A DNA stretch of 64,000 nt from the human T2T-CHM13v2.0 reference genome, Homo sapiens, in assembly GCF_009914755.1 (NCBI RefSeq), contig NC_060925.1. One strand, written 5' to 3'. Shown here piece by piece: positions 62,962-64,000 of the stretch (positions are counted from its first letter, which is position 1; every line of letters starts with the position of its first letter). The position numbers and the translations under genes were made by a program. The notes under the pieces were generated by a model. That model saw only the letters and a program-made list of their open reading frames with translations. It had not been told where the DNA came from and made no database searches.

Positions 62962-63240
62962 GGGCAAGGTGGCTCACCCCTATAATCCTAACACTTTGGA
63001 AGGCCTAGGCAGGAGGATCGCTTGTATCCGAGAGCTTGAGACCAGCATGGGCAACATAGTGAGACCCTGTCTCTATGTAAAATAAAAAATGAGTCTGCCA
63101 TGGTGGCATCTGCCTGTAGTTCTAGCTACTTGGGAGGCTGGGATGGGAGGACTGCTCGAGCCTGGGAGGTGGGGACTGTAGTGAGTCATGATCTCTGCAC
63201 TGCACTCCAGCTTGGATGACAGAGCGAGGCCCTGTCCTTC
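62962..63240 (+). mobile_element. Diverged AluJ
   Basis: Consensus. Confidence 0.85.
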
Positions 63241-63885
63241 ACCCCCTAAAGAAATCCCCAATTATGTCCTTGAGGGATATTTGTTTCTTTAATGTCTATG
63301 GGTCATAAAGTTCGGCTAAAAAAAAAAAGAAAGAAAAACCTTGGCTATTAATTGTATTAATTAATTCACTTTATAATTTTATTCATTTAGCCAACAAACA
63401 TTTATTTGGTGCTCTATATAAGCCAGGCGCAAAGTTAGGTCCTGAAGATGGCACACCACCTCCAACTCGCCCCCCAAGCCTGAAAGCTTTCCTGCTCAGT
63501 TAAAGAAAACACTTCCTCAGAAGCTTACCCATGAGCACAGCCAAGGATTTTGTTGACAGCAATGTGCTGGCAACAGAGGATTCAAATGAATCCCTACTTT
63601 TTCACCCAGAAGTCCTTTTGACACGTGTCCAAAACTGAACTCATCATTGACAAACCCATTTAGTAGCAAGAATAGAAATAGGAACAGTATAGAGCTTTTA
63701 GAGCAGAATATAACATAAATGAAAAGTGACAATGTGGTTGCTGCTTCATAGAACAGTGCTTGGTGCAAAATGAGGGCTTGAGAAATGTTTGTGAGTGAAG
63801 GAGGGTGTTACTTGTAAAATCAGTTCTTGCCCTAGTAGTGCTTTCAGCAGATGTGTGTAAATGAGGAAATGTGACTCTGTTTTAG

Positions 63886-63979
63886 GTCTTAAGAACAGAA
63901 AAAGAGAAGCAGGATGTTTATCACCATGAGCACATAGAAGACCTCCTAGACAAGCAAAGCCGGGAACTGCAGGACATGG
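63886..63979 (+). CDS. CFAP57: CFAP57 coding exon 13 ([31 protein letters not shown]); gene continues past the window
   Basis: TTTTAG acceptor, G|GTGAGC donor, 94 nt. Confidence 0.92.
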
Positions 63980-64000
63980 GTGAGCCCACAAGTAGAGGCC

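Overview
This is primate (almost certainly human, 1p34.2) genomic DNA, not prokaryotic. It holds a head-to-head gene pair on a CpG island at ~14.2-15.3 kb. On the minus strand is the complete EBNA1BP2 gene (nucleolar pre-rRNA processing factor EBP2). Its 9 coding exons splice with GT-AG boundaries to 921 nt / 306 aa, an upstream exon adds 55 aa (361-aa isoform), and intron 2 contains the mirtron MIR6733. On the plus strand is the 5' part of CFAP57/WDR65 (WD40 plus coiled-coil motile-cilia protein): 13 coding exons covering ~780 codons before the window ends, plus a short 698-aa isoform made by read-through into an intron. The rest is intronic or intergenic and rich in Alu, L1, L2/MIR, MST LTR and MER/Tigger DNA transposon relics, with one 3'-truncated 5S rRNA pseudogene. 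Nearly all ORFs in the supplied track are Alu/L1 artefacts. I see no convincing new biological system. The best leads are regulatory: a 4-bp CATG palindrome acting as start codon on both strands, RFX versus ETS/MYC motifs in the shared promoter, a possible recursive-splice exon, an Alu-bracketed circRNA candidate, L1-derived intronic poly(A) sites, and candidate unannotated exons. Gene names and variant links come from recall, not from a database search.
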